A stretch of DNA of 64,000 nt from Podarcis pityusensis (lineage: Eukaryota). Every line of letters starts with the position of its first letter. Position 1 is the stretch's first letter. Both the position numbers and the translations under genes were made by a program. The notes under the pieces were generated by a model, which made no database searches, was not told where the DNA came from, and saw only the letters and a list, made by a program, of their open reading frames with translations. Shown here one piece after another: positions 1 through 14,200 of this stretch. The stretch lies in assembly GCA_964106645.2 (NCBI GenBank), contig OZ067042.1; one strand, written 5' to 3'.

Positions 1-699
1 AAGCAACTTATTTGAGATATGCCAGTCCTCTCTAGAGATGTGAAGGCGCTGTCAAAAAGACAAGAAAAGAATCAGGGAAAAACCCCAATTTCATTCTTTC
101 CCTCCCCTTAAGACTTCTTCCTGGTTTTTCCAGTGGGGGAAATGGAAGTAGGTTTTGTTGCCACAGAATATCTAAGGGTGTAAAGAAATGGATCCTGGGT
201 AGGTTTAGCTGAAATGCAATGTACAGTCACCATTTGTTTGCATTGACCTCCCCCCCCCCCCAGGTGTGCATATGTTCCCTCTAGCTGTACATTCTGGGGG
301 TGGTGGGTGAGGAACAGGAGCAGAATGCCTGCTATCATTGCTTCTTAAACTCTGCATGTTCAGGGTGAGTGTGAAAGTGGCCTCCTTGCCCAGAGCCAAA
401 TACACATGGGGCTCCTTCACAAAATTCCCAATTGCCCCACAAACCAAGCTGTACACATGTACAGCAGTTTGCACACATTCTGCTTTTACACTCATTCTAA
501 ACATGTGGGTGCCAGGGAGCATGGGTAGTGTGTGCACCAATACTAGCAAAGTTGCCAGCAGGTGCAAGCCTCTACTCAAGTTTATTCATCATGTGAGGAG
601 GGGGTTGTTTAGTGTAGATGTGCTAACATGTCATTTCATGGATTTGGAACATCGTCATGCGTGGCCAAGGATTCTACTCTTCATATTCAAATCTAGGTG

Positions 700-870
700 C
701 CTAAGAACACAAGAGTAGTCCTTCTGGATCAGGCCAAAGGTTCGTTTTGTCCAGCATTTTGTTTACATCAACAGCTGGCCAGATGATGAGAAAGGGCATG
801 AAGGCAACAGCCCTCCCATGTTGTCCGCCCTCCACATCTGGTGTTCAGAGGTCTACTGCCTCTTAACATG
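700..870 (-). mobile_element. Degenerate 3' end of a LINE/SINE family with a TCTTATGTTCTTA-type tail
   Basis: taagaacacaag...ctggatcaggccaaagg...gtccagcat; a related copy is at 63790-63900. Confidence 0.45.
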
Positions 871-944
871 GTAACTTTCAACTATCACAGCTGAGAGTTG
901 TTGATACACCTGTCTTCCTCAACTGATAAGAAATAAGAACTACA

Positions 945-1060
945 CAACTTTTATAAGACATCTGAAGGCAGCGCTGTATTGGGAAGTTTTTAATGTTTGA
1001 CATTTTATTATTATTTTTTATGTGTTGGAAGCTGTCCAGAGTGGCTGGTGTATAAATAAT
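945..1060 (+). mobile_element. L2/CR1-superfamily LINE 3' fragment
   Basis: Aligns with 61459-61623 (aaggcagc.ctgt...gggaagtttttaat...ggaagc.g.ccagagtggctgg...taaataat). Confidence 0.55.
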
Positions 1061-4000
1061 AACATTTTCATTATTATCAGGATTGTATCCTAAATGGGGC
1101 CACTGATGAACAAGAGGGAGGGAGCAGCAGGCTTGGAAGCAAACCCAAGGTTTGCAAAAGTACAAAAAGATTTCCCTAGGGGAAAATCTTAAAAGGAAAA
1201 CCCCACCACTACCAAAACCATCTAGTTAGTACTGTCCATAGTCGGTGGCCTCAGGATGCTGAATGTCCATTGGTGGAATGGCAACTGGGAGCAGTATGGA
1301 ATGGTGTTCCTGGAAGAGGGCTTGGCTGGCAGACTCTAACCTTGAAAAGAAGTGCACTACATGACAACATTTTGTTGCAGGCCCCACTGGTCTAAGCAGA
1401 TGGCCATCCCTGCATCTTGTTGCTGTGAATCTTATGTTAATTATTCACTTTGTGAAGGAATACCTCCTTTTGCCTGTGTTAACCCTGCCAATGAATCAAT
1501 TTCATTGCCTGACCCTGAGTTTTAATACTATGAAAGAAGCATGTTCCCTCCTATTCCATAATCTGCAGTTTGGGCATGCATCTAGATGAAATAGCCTGAC
1601 AGTGCACACTGTACATGAGTAGCTCATTAAAAACCACTGCCATATCCCTTAAAAGGAAGGAGTAAACTCACAGGCAACTCGCATAATAAACAGAGTCGAG
1701 CTGCCTTCCACGTCCCTCCCTTCCTCCCAAAGAAACATCCCATTTGTCAAGCTGTCATGTGAGCCTACAAGGATGCCTTGTGACTAAATTTGTGAAATAC
1801 CACAGAACATTACCAAGAAAGCACTTGTGCATAGAATTGCCGTGTCTCATTTCTCAATTATATGTCAATTAGATGCTGTACATTTTGTCTCTCGTCCCCA
1901 TTCACATGAGTCACTTCAAACATTTAAATGACAAACACTGGCCTGAACTGTGGGAGGGATATGCTGCTGTTTACTATTAGGGACATTCCGCCTTCTAAGT
2001 CGTAAACAGCTGTGCAGGATTCTGTCCTAGCATATGAGCTGGCAGGAGTTTTCTTCTTTCTTGGTGTCAGGGTGATGTTGGAATTAACTTAGACAAGTCC
2101 CCAACTGGCTTGCTAAATATTGCTTTTTTGGGGGGAGGAGGGGGAAAGCTTCCTTAAAAGGGAACATAATATTTGGCTGATGCTTTATATAGCAGAGCTG
2201 GCTCACACTGAATTAATGTCCCATATGAAATTTAATGTTGCTCCCCCAGCTCACATCATGTTGTGGTATTGCCTCCTCAGGGTTGTCCCAAAAGTAGTCC
2301 CATCCCCCTCTTTTTTATATAAGTAAATTGTATGAAGGGAAGGACCTGAAATGGGAGCAGTTATGAGAGTTGCAATACCCTTGTTCTAGCCCCTATTGTC
2401 CTAAGAGGTGTGAGGCATTTGTGTTACACCATTCAGGGTTTGTTTTGGGTTTCACAGTAGCCCCCTAGATTTGGATAAGCCAGGCAGCTGCATGTCCTTC
2501 ATATTGTGTTGAGCTGCCAGGAATGCGGGGAGTGGAAGAGGGTTAACAGTAGAAAGCAACAATTATTTTAGTGTTAGTATTAATGATGAAGTGAGGTTGA
2601 CTCATCACCTTGGACCTTGCAATGAACATCCATGAATTTTCATCAGGTAGTGGGAGATTCATGAACTGTTTGCTTGCATATGCATCAAAGGGCAGTAAGG
2701 AGTCATGCATGCCCATTACAAAGTTTGCTGAAGCTCCATGGCTGGTGGAATTTTTCATGTGCCATATAGACATTACATATGCATGGTAGAATTCTGAGTG
2801 ATGGCATACAGGAGCTCTAGCAGTACTTAACAGTGATGTGTTATAACTTAGTTAATGAATCCCCAAATATTGCAGGATATCTACATTTTAGTGCAATTAA
2901 GGGAGACTTTGTGGTTTATGATGTGCCTGGCAGTGACTGGTTTAGTTGCTCTAATGTCACAGAAAGCAGAAATGTCTCTGACTGCCATTGGCTCAGCAGC
3001 TCAGAGCTCAGAAACAAGCATGGCAGGCAGCAGGAAAGGCGATACGGAAGAAACGGGGGGTTTGGAAAGGAAAGGACCTGAGAAAGCAGTGCCAATCCAT
3101 CAAAGAAAGTAGGGTCCAGAGAATGGACGGAAAGCAAAGGCTGGGGCATGGGGGGGGGGGGAGAGACTGCAAAGAAAAGAAAACTGAAATGGCAAAATTG
3201 CTCATGACCAGGAAATGCAAAGGTGAAGAATTGCATATTAACTAGCAATAAAGAGCCCTATCTCTGGCTATAGGCATCGAGTATTCACATATTTCAGGAA
3301 ACTAATTTTCTACTAGATCTCTTGCTCGTGGCAATAATACAGTCTCGTAGACATGATACCATACATACTAGCCATGAAATGTTTACAAAGCCATCCCAAT
3401 ATCCATGGCACGAAGGAAGCAGAGCAATGTCACCTGAGCCACTATTGAGGATTTCTCTTAGCAGCTACTCCTGATATAGCTTAGCAACCTTGAAAATTCA
3501 GGCTAGTAAACACGAGATACTGAGAAAGCATATGGAGGGCTGATGCATAATCACTCTGACATTCACGTTTCATGATCTAAGCACACCATGGCAACCTGAT
3601 TGTTTTCGCCTCCCATGTAAATTTGCTTTGCAGCCACACATATTTGTAGTTGTTGACTATCGCATACTTCAGTCTGATAGGAGAAGAGCTGGATGTGGGG
3701 GAGCTCTGATCTCTGCCAATAACCGAGGATAGCAGGTATACTATTTTTCCCTGAAGCAAGACAGAAACACAAGACTCTGTCTGGTTGTGTTTGCACTCAC
3801 CAGTATGTTGCTAAGCCAAGCAGGCAGTCTGTTTCTGTCCCAGGATAAGACCTGGTTCCTGCCACCTCCCTCTGACCATGCTTAAAGAAAGCTGCCAGAC
3901 TCAGAGACTCGGTTTAACCAACTGCTCCCTTTCCCAACTGTCCCTATAGCCCACACACCTCTGAAAGCATCACCCCAGCAACGCGTTCTTCAGTGTTCCA

Positions 4001-5084
4001 GAAGCCAACTGCCTCCCCAGATTGCCTGCTCTTTGGCAGATGTTGTGTCAGCAGACACATCTTCAGACACTTCTAGAAGTGTTTGTGTATGAGAGGGCAG
4101 GGCAAATGAGATGAACTGCTGTCAAGATCTAAACCAGATCAAGCAGAACAGCCATGCTTGAATCGGTTTTCTGCTAAGTAGCCATCTAAACGGGTCAGGC
4201 AGAATTGCTTTGTTTCACCTTGGGAAGCTCCTCATGTCATGTGGATATTTCCTGCCCTGTCCTGAAGAGACTTCACTACACATGCCCTGTCCTTGGGATG
4301 CTTGAACATCAATGGACTTGGAAGAGCAGTGTCATTTCTCTTGAGAATTCTCCCCCCAAGTGAGGCACACTGTTTGAAGTCTTTACTTACAAAGCTTAAA
4401 CCCAGGAGTGAGGAGCTTCCAGATTTGCTGGACGAAGAGCCCACCAACCATGACCACTGATCACTTGGGCTGAGGCTATTGAGGATTAAGTTGAACAACC
4501 CTTGGAAGGGTACAGGTCCCCAACTCCTGTTGTAAGGCAACTCACTTCCACCATGTGTTCAGTTTGTGGGTTTTTCATTGGAATGTTTTAATTGTGAATC
4601 TTAAGCTTCTCTTTTAATAGTTACTTGTTTTCATAAGAATCCTTATGAACAATTTTTGAGACTGATTGTTTGGTTTACTCCTTTGTAAGAATGTGTCCTC
4701 GAGGTTGTCTTCAAACACTCTTATTGTGAGACATAAATGTCATCCTGCTAGCCAGTGCACAATGTAGACCTATCAATGCGTATTTAATTTAACAACAAAG
4801 CCAGACAAAAGGCTTCGTGCACACTTGGGCATGTTGGGACTGCAAATTCCTCTTCCAAAGTTCATGCTATGTTATGTGCAGTACAAAAAAGCAGTCTGAC
4901 CCTATGAAGAGTTGGCCAGAGGTCTAAGCCGAATAATTGTAGTGGACTTAAGCATGCCTAATGTTGCACAGGATCAGGCTAATATTTATTCAAAACATGG
5001 GAAAGCACCAATGAGACATATGAAAAAGCCGCTGTATATGGCTCACATCGCTTCCATTTTCTCCCTCCACTTTTGCAGGAAACT

Positions 5085-5258
5085 ATGCCCCAGACACCAA
5101 TATTTTCCAGCATGCTTGGTTCCGGATGTAGTGGGCAGGTGCAGCCAGATACAGGAGAGAGGAGTGGAGATCCTGTTTATCAAGATGGGAGTCTCATCTC
5201 TGGATCACTAGAGGCCCTGATTGAGCGCCTAGTACCCACCACAGACTATTATCCAGAT
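5085..5258 (+). CDS. RASGEF1A: RASGEF1A coding exon 1 (exon begins 5079; ATG 5085)
   Basis: Acceptor ccacttttgcag|GAAACTATG; encodes MPQTPIFSSMLGSGCSGQVQPDTGERSGDPVYQDGSLISGSLEALIERLVPTTDYYPD; donor GAT|gtaagt. Confidence 0.95.
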
Positions 5259-8200
5259 GTAAGTAAACGGTTGGAGTTTTCCTTATTTTTTGTCACCGTT
5301 TTCATGGCCTGGGGACTTGAGGGTATGCAGAGCTGCTGGAGGAGAACTCAATTCATCCTTGGTGTTTATAAGTTTATAACACTTTCCTAGGATTTTTAGT
5401 TAGCAATTGGTTGGTTGGTTGGTTGGTTGAAGCAGCTTTTCCCATGGAAACATGATGAGCGTATTTGCACAATACAGTTAAATTTCTTAAAAAGTTATTT
5501 TCTTTCCCTAAGGAGCTTTGTGATCTGTAGTTTGGGGGGAGGGGGGAGGGGGGAATCTCCTCCCTCTGACCAGAGGCTGTTCTCAGCATTATCCAGCTAA
5601 GGATCCTGGTGGAGAAAGCCATGTAAAAAAAAGAAGAACTTCTTGTATAAAATCAGTAGAACTTTGCTGTGCAGATATGGCCTAGATACTTTTGTTTGGT
5701 TGTTGAACAGCCAGCTTTCTCACTTTGCTGGTCAGATCTTTGTTAGTATACACTGCATTTTGAATTTTCAAGCTTTTATTATTTGGATTTGGACTGGGGA
5801 GACCTCGGCTCAAAGCTCACTTGGTAGCCTTAGGCTAGTCACTCTCTCTTTGTTAACCGGCTTTGTAGGGTTATTTTGAGGAGAAACTATACCAACCTGA
5901 GTTACTTGGATTAGAAGAAATTCATGAAACTAAATATAAATAGCAAAACAGATGCAGATTTGCTGCATCCAGTGTTTTAAAAATGCACTTTCTGAGTATA
6001 CACCTTCGTAAATTCCTTAAGACAGCATGCTGATTGCCAGACCTCAGGGAAATGATTTGATCATGCCATTTCAACAATGAGGGGCTTATCTCCCACAAAA
6101 ATTAAGTGAATAAATTTTCATCTGAGGTGTGTTAGAAAGTATCCACCCTTAAACTGGGATGACATTTGGCAGTGGCTTAAACCTCTTGGTTTGCATACTG
6201 CTGTGACTGTTGAGTATTTAAGTACAGTCATAAATTGGTTTTCAAACGCCTTGTGACTCGAATGTTTTGGCTCCCAAACACCGCAAACCCAGAAGTGAGT
6301 GTTCCGGTATGCAAACTTTTTTTTGGAAGCCGAATGTCCGCCGTGGCTTCCGTGGCTTTTGATTGAGTGCGGGAAGCTCCTGCAGCCAATCAGAAGCTGC
6401 ACCTTGGGTTTTCGAACGTTTTCGGAAGTTGAACAAACTTCCGGAACAGATTCCATTCGAGAACCAAGGTATGACTGTACATGCATGCTGAGAGTGGGAC
6501 AAAATGAAATGTCAAGTAACATGAGTAATCTTATATCTCAGAGGCCCCTGATTTCAGGGGCAAGCTGCATCATCACCCTTTAAAACAATCTCTTCATAGT
6601 TCATTCTCCTCTTCCTGCTCCCACAATCAAATCTGCCAATCCATGTACCTCTTGAAGGAGGATAATGTCTGATATACTCAACTTTAGGTAAAGGTAAAGG
6701 GACCCCTGACCATTAGGTCCAGTCATGACCGACTCTGGGGTTGTGGCACTCATCTCGCTTTATTGGCTGAGGGAGCCGGCATACAGCTTCCGAGTCATGT
6801 GGCCAGCATGGCCAGCATGGCAAACCAGAGCAGTGCACGGAAACGCCGTTTACCTTCCTGCCAGAGCGGTACCTATTTATCTACTTGCACTTTGACGTAC
6901 TTTCGAACTGCTAGGTTGGCAGGAGCAGGGACCGAGCTATGGGAGCTCACCCTGTCGCGGGGATTCGAACTGCCGACCTTCTGATCAGCAAGTCCTAGGC
7001 TCTGTGATTTAACCCACAGCACCACCCGTGTCCCTATACTCAACTTTAGTCACATGATAAAAAGTTATTGAGTCCTGCCAGCCTATTAAACCAGTTATGC
7101 TGACCTGTAATTGCATTGCACCTAGTAGACAGGCAGTTCCCATGTATGTGTAAACCCTGGAAGGTTGCTTCTAAATAGTTTGCTCTATTCTTTCCTGACC
7201 TTTTAAATGCCTACAGCACAACATGCATGTTTGATCTTTTCTTTATGATGCTGGGGGGGGGGGCATATTTATACTTCTAGGTATCTATGTATTAGGGGCA
7301 AACTCTGAAGGTTGAAGGGTTCCAAATACTAACACCAGCTTAAAAACAAACAAACCAAAAACTTGTCACATTTAAATTGGGACCAGCTTGAAACTGCATT
7401 TGTCTCCTGCTCCTGGCACTAGCCAGCCCTCCCCTGCTGGTTTCCCCTTTTTCCAAACAAAAAGTAATAGTTATTTTGGGGAAGAGAAGGGATAACCAGA
7501 TGTGTGGTCTGTCCTTAGCTGGAAACTATGCCCTCCCACCCGAGTATATGTAGGAGTTTTCTATGCCTCCTGAATTGAATCAGGAGACAGAGAAAAGCAT
7601 AATCACCGTGGTCTTTGGCTATCATTTCCTGCCAAGGACTGTGAGATTTGCAGTTTTATCTTTCAAATCAATTCAAGAAGAAGGGGGAATTGCACAATGT
7701 GCAACAAGAAAATACAATATTTCAATAGTGGCCCATATATTACATGATCCTTGCCTTTCGGTGCCATTATCCAGGTTATAGCCAAGATTGGTGTGCCATT
7801 CTTGCCCCATTTCATAGAATCATGGAGTTAGAAATGACACTGAGGATCCTCTAGTCCAGCCCCCTGTAATGCGAGAATAGGCAGCTGTCGCTTACGGGGA
7901 TCGAACCTTGGCATTATTAGCACCACACTGCAACCTTGACATTATTAGCACCACACTCTAACCAAGGGAGCTATCCAGCTGTCTCCTTACACTACTGACA
8001 TAATTAACAATGGAAACAAAAGTTGTTTTTATGCAGTCTTTGCGCAGATTAAATTCTGGGGCCATGTTAGCACACCGTTATAACGACCAGCTACTTCCTC
8101 ACCATTCCCAAGCAGAAATTGTCCCACGCCCATGTCTCCAACTGGATACAAATTCCAGAAAGGCACAAAAAGATCATTTGGAGCATAACAAGTTTTTTCC

Positions 8201-11200
8201 CCATCTTCTTCTGGCCATGCTGGAGGGTAACAAGAAAACTGCAAGGGTGGTTGGGGGGGGGGGAGAGAAGAGGTACACACAGTTCCATAGAGGATTCTGT
8301 GCATATAGGGCTTCATTTGCCTAGTACCCGGGAAAATATGCGTACTCGCAAGACTTCAGCTTTCTGGAGGTTAGGAATGGAATGTCCTTAGCTGCAACCC
8401 TTGATGCCCCTTGCAAGCAAACATTTCAGAAAAATATTCAGACAAAACATTCTGGATTGAACAGAATGAGCTGAAGGGGAAAATATTTTTCTTCTTCTTC
8501 CTCAGAAGTTATCACTGCATTCTTGGTCCTTAAGTAACAGTTACTATTTTAGTCTTCCCTTTTACATGTTCTCTTCCTGTTCTCCTCCACCCCTCCTTCA
8601 ATTAAGCGTGTCTCTTAGCAACAAGTTTAGGAGCTATAGGAATCCACTTCGACCTTTTCAGTTTCAAGGCCCCAATCCTTCTTTTGTATCATCTTAAATT
8701 GGGCCAAGGGTTCATGGGGTTTTTCCCTTCTCCCAAATTCTCCCCAGCTGCTGGAAACTAAATGGTGTGTAATTTTCAACCCCAAAGATTCCACAGCCTC
8801 ATTTTGTTTGCACAACCATGGTGGTACAGAAAAAATATCATGATAGTTGCATGTGGCCTCCATGCATGTTGGTGATGCATCTGAATAGTCCCTTAGAGGA
8901 GTGGCTGGTGCTACCATCTAGCATTAATTGGGTCCTGTGTCTAAAAATTGGAGCATTTGTCCAGCATCTGCCCAGGATGATGTTTTGGTTGACACTGATA
9001 GTTGTCAGTGGTTGGTGGATGTTTGGAATGGTTTCATCTGTGTAAAACTCCCCGCACATAGAAAACAAGCCTTTTTGGCGGGGCAGGGTGGGGAAGTTGA
9101 GCTATCTCTCTGACTTTCAGCATTTCTGCATGCATGCATGGGTTTTTTGGCTTTTCATACGAGACAACAATTCTGCCTTACAGCCTGGGACCTGCAACCT
9201 TTGTAAAGCCTCATTTAGCGTGCTTCAACACTGTTCCTATATTTGGGTGGGATTCAGGTTACACTATTAATGTTGACTTGGGGCTCCTGTGCAACAAACC
9301 TCTGTCCCCACCCCACCGATTGGATTTTAATGATAAGGAAAGTGGCAAGAAGCACTGGAAAGTTGGAATAAGATTTGCTTTGCTTAACCTCTTCACAAAC
9401 AAATCAGAATAAATGCTCCATAAACAGCCAACGTCTAACATGACTGCAAACCTTGTGCAAACAAATCAGGATGAATGCTCAATAATGAACAGGTCATCTG
9501 GATCCAACTTTCATTTCAGTCCTCGTCTTTCTAGAAGTCTATGAATCTATTTAAAAAGGAAACTGCTTCTTGATGCAACATAAGCAGTTTTGAGGGGGGA
9601 CGGGACACTTTCAGCTGCAAATTCACTTGCAAACTTAATCGCTTCCCTCATTTTTTCCCATCCTAAGAATCAAATCAGTGTAGGTTGTTTTTAGAAGAGA
9701 ACCCAACTTGTTTTTCAGCTCTCACCCTTTCTAAGTTCATACATCATTACTCAAGAGCTGGCTTGAGTCTGTCGTTTTTAAGGAAAGCACACGCAGAGGA
9801 ATGCAGTACGTTAAGTGTTCTCTTGCTGTAATATGCATTTTGCAGTGTTTTAAAAAAATGACATTCAAATTACATTAATCACAGGCCACTAAAATAAGCT
9901 CATCAGCTGCTTCCCTCCAACTCACTGTGTGCAGACTTCTATCCAGAACAAATTGTTCACTCCTGAACCACTCTCACAAAAATGGAGTTGGCAGTAGGGC
10001 TGGGCACACGCGCCTCCATTCTGAAATGGATCTGGTCCCCAAACCAATTGTGGGGTGGGGGAAGAAAGCCCTAATGTTTTGTTAAAGTTTTAAACCCTAA
10101 CCAAAAGGGGGCAAGGGAGAAAGGAGGCACTTTGTCTGCCCCCTCTCCCTCCGACCCCACTGCAGGCTGTTGGGATGTTGTTTGCCAGCACATTCCCTGC
10201 AGGGAACATACTGGTGAAGGAGACCCCCACAGCCAGCAGGACTGAGCCCTCTGCCCACTGGGATTTAACCAAATCTGGTCACATTCCTAGTTTGCAGGGT
10301 CCACTCTAGGCTTGGCTGATGTATCAATACATCACCCTGGACCAGTATGAGGGCCAGAGCACGATGGCTGCTTCACCCGGTGGTATTTTGTGGGTGAAGC
10401 ATCTGCCACTCCTGAGTACCTCTTCTCCTATAAACACATTTTAACAAGGGTGTGGCGGGGGGGTCTTTGGGATCAGGGCTTCTGTTGGGTGCAGACTGGG
10501 GGATTCAGATGTTGGTTTGGGCCCCCAGTTGCCTAACCCCCCTGTAAAGGAATACTGGATTATCTAAGGGCAAAGTACCCTCCACACCCTTATTACCCAC
10601 ACTTCCAGCATGTCTGTGTGCATCATTGGCATAATGAGTGATAGTGTATTTGGGGCCACCTCACTGTAGACATTTAAAAGCCATTACCGGGATTGCAAGT
10701 GGGCTGATTTTCTTATTTTACAGGGCTCTGGTACAGAACGTCTCAAATCACCTTCCCAGACACTGTTGCCTGCCTACACATGGCAGTATATGAGATTGGG
10801 GTCAGGTAGGCACAGGTTTGGACACACTCCCACATGAATACAATCAAAGATGTTGTGAAAGCTAGACCCACCCACCCCTCAGTGTCTTAAATGGTTTCCC
10901 TGGTTTCCTTTTAACATATGGAAACCTATTCAAAACGTTCGGGACTCTGCGTGTGCCAACCTTTTCAGAGAAGTGTCTCGCTCCAGACTGTGTGTGGGAG
11001 GGCTCAGCTGTAAAGTATTCCCTGCATAAAAGCCTCTCTGCACATTGAAAGTTAACACATTAAGGAAAAGACATTGAATTTTGGGGTGCTTTCCAGGCAT
11101 TGCTCCCTACCAAGCATTCTGAGCAGGCGCAACTCCAGGAACAGATTGCACCCAATTTATATTTGGTATAATTGACTTTCTTTCAAGGAGCTCAGTGCGG

Positions 11201-14200
11201 AATTTCTGCTTCACAACAACAGTGCCAGGAAGGTTTCGCTAAGAGATATTGGACTTGCCCCTGCACAACCCCACAAGTTTCAGAGCCAAATGGGAATTTG
11301 AACCTGAGTTTCTTGTATCTAGCCCGACATTCTAGCTCATAAACTTGTGACTATTTGCATGGAGGCTGTCCCCCCCCCCCCCCCCGCAGAAGTGTTTAGT
11401 CCTGGTTTTCCCCAGGTATTTCCCCATCTTCTGAACACTAGAGAAATGCCACATAGGCCTCTGTAGCTTCTTGTTTTGCAAACCTTTTGTCCACGAGAAA
11501 CAAAACACGTTGGTTTCAAATGCAGAACCACTCCCAGAGACAGTGAAACCTCTGGCCTACACAAACAGTAATTGAGGCTGAAAAATTGTTACTAGACTAG
11601 ACTTGTGCTATTTTAGACTGCAGGTGATAATAAGGGACGGAGTATGTTTGAATGGTTTCTCCCACAACACACATACACTCACACTGCACACTAGACACTA
11701 ACCTGTAGAAGCAAAGGCTAGGCTAGAATCATTCTCCCAGATGTGCAAGATCTCTTGCGGCATTATGAAGAAAACAGTGCAAACATATGGCAGGAGAGCA
11801 GCAGGTGGAAGTATATTAGAACAGCGTACCCGCTTTGACCATTTTTCTCACCTAACAACTTGTGGAAGGTAACTCTCTGCAAGAAGGAGTCTTTTATATC
11901 AACGGAGGCCCCTTGCATTTCTTAGAATGGAATATTCCTTCCAAACCTAGTTGTGTTTGTTTGGGATTTATGTCTTCTGAATGTACAGTGTAAAAAACAA
12001 ATTAAAAAACCCACACACAATCTGATCTTTCTCTGCAAACAAGTTGGCTAATAATATAAACAAATTTTTAAAATGTAAAGGTATTAAAATATTGTCATGA
12101 TTCCCTAGTGAACCTGGGAGTCTGATGCCTTAGACAACCTTCTTGACTGTGATAAATGGAGAAATTGGTGGCCCTGTCTGTATTGAGAGCCTTTGTTATT
12201 CATGGCTCCCATCCCACAGCCTTTGAAAAGCCAGTATTCGGACTGGAGTTATCTCAGCTTTATACAGCAATTTCCTGCTTTATGCAGACTGTTCAGAATA
12301 GAGTCCCAAACTAGAATTAGTGCAGGGGACTGAATTATAACATGCTGTCCTCAGAAGAATGTGGCCTAGCTTGTTGGAAGAAGGGTCACTGACAGGGCAG
12401 AGCTGCTTACATGTCAGATTCTTTGCACTGACACATGTAGCAAAAACTTCTGCATGAAATATGCCAACACCACTGTTACCAGTTTTCTCCAGTAGAGTGG
12501 GGGGGGGGATTTTTTCAGTTTTCCAAGATAAACCTCTTTCAGTTCTTCCTAACTTCAAGAGCTGGAATACAGGTGGCACAAAGCAGCAGGCAATTGGCAC
12601 GCTACCATGAAGGACTATAGCCACACCTGTCCATTTTCCCTTTCATTCCCTCCAACGTTTGACAGATGGAAACGAGGAACAGTCTTGCGGCACCCTTATT
12701 TGCAGATCAAGGAAGAGCCTAAGGCTCTTTCCCCCACTCAGATTTTGCCGAAGACTTTCCATCACAATGTTGCATCCATTAACTCCATAGCAGCCTGCCT
12801 GTCTTGCCCTGGCTTCAGAAGCAGGATATAATAATAATAATTTATTGTTTATACCCCGCCTATCTGGCTGAGTTTCCCTGCTACTCTATAGCTAACCAAC
12901 TACAACAATTTCCTCTTAAAAACAAACAAACGTGAGAATGTTTAATTGCTCAGCGAAACTGGTTGTGCTCATTGCATAATAGCAGCAAGAGGAAAGATGT
13001 TGATCTTTCAGTATCATAATATGTTGGTTTGGAGACAGGAGATGGGAGTGGAAATAACTGAGGCCCATGTATGTGCGGTTGCAAACATGTGCTCTAGAAT
13101 CAAAATGTATCTGCCCAAGCTCTTCCCAGCGCCACCTCAGGGTTTCAAGGGCAAAACATGGGAGATATAAACAGCCTCCTGATCGTTTGTTGCTGTTTAC
13201 GGAGAAGCAGCCTTGGAAGCTGCAGTTGTGAGCTGAAGAGGGGGCAGCTTAACCTTTCCTGCTCAAAATCAGTCCCACACCAAGTTGTTGTCTTGCTCCC
13301 AGGGGGAAATATATGGAGTCCCCACATCTTTTCCTCTGCAGAAAATAAAACAGTCCAGGGAGGTTATTTCTAAGCAACCAGCAGCAGGAGGGGAAAGGAT
13401 TAAGTACCCCTGCTCCAGCCTTTCCTCTCAAACAGCTGCTCTTCAGTTTTGCATTAAAAGTCAGCAAACTGCTCACAATACTCTTGTGAAATATTCAGTT
13501 TGGGTTTAAGTTGCAGGTGCCCAGGAGCAGGGTGGGAGACAGAGGGATGAAAGGCAAGGAACTCCAGTCAACATATATGTACGCGAGTAACAACGTTTTA
13601 AATAAGCACCCCCAGCAGCTCCCTCAAAGGCAATTGCGGACTATGGGTTGGTTCCAGACTGTTAGTTGAACCTAGGCCTCACTGGGACAGATTAGACAAG
13701 ACGCGAGGCCCATTGGTTTCAGTGGGAACTAAGTTTGACTAACTTAGTGTGCGTTCCAACCCAATGTTTTACCAATGACAACCATAACACAGATATCATC
13801 TCTGATAAATGCTTGTTGGAATCCTATGCCATCACAGATAAAGTAAATCTACTCTATACAAGAGAAACAGGGAACCTCTGGCCCTCTTTGATGTTGCTGG
13901 ACTTTTAGCTGCCTCATCCTTGATCTCTGGACACTCTGGCTGGGGTGATGAAGTCCAGCAACTTGGTTGCAGAGAACATGGAACAAGAACTCAACATGGG
14001 GGTGCTATCTTCAAGTTCATGTTCTGTAATGTTTGCTTCAATTTACATTGTGTCCTGACATCATTACAATGTGTGTGTTTTTGTCCCACCAAGCAATTAT
14101 ATAAAGTGTGGTGGGGGGAATGCTCGTTGTAATGTCAGGGTAGGTGTTCACTTGAGCTAGAAGCTTGGGGGACACAATTCAAAGTGCAGGACCATCTTCT

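Noticed and set aside
1600-2000. Possible upstream enhancer (AP-1 TGAGTCA at 1907-1913)
   Set aside because: Only isolated short motifs, with no support without conservation or chromatin data.
3148-3162. Many long G or C homopolymer runs across the window
   Set aside because: They are scattered without positional pattern and treated as a general genome or assembly feature.
6763-6984. Recurrent 'MAEGAG.QLP.HVASM' ORFs (also 26185-26451, 32463-32699)
   Set aside because: These are antisense translations of Sauria SINE copies, not a protein family.
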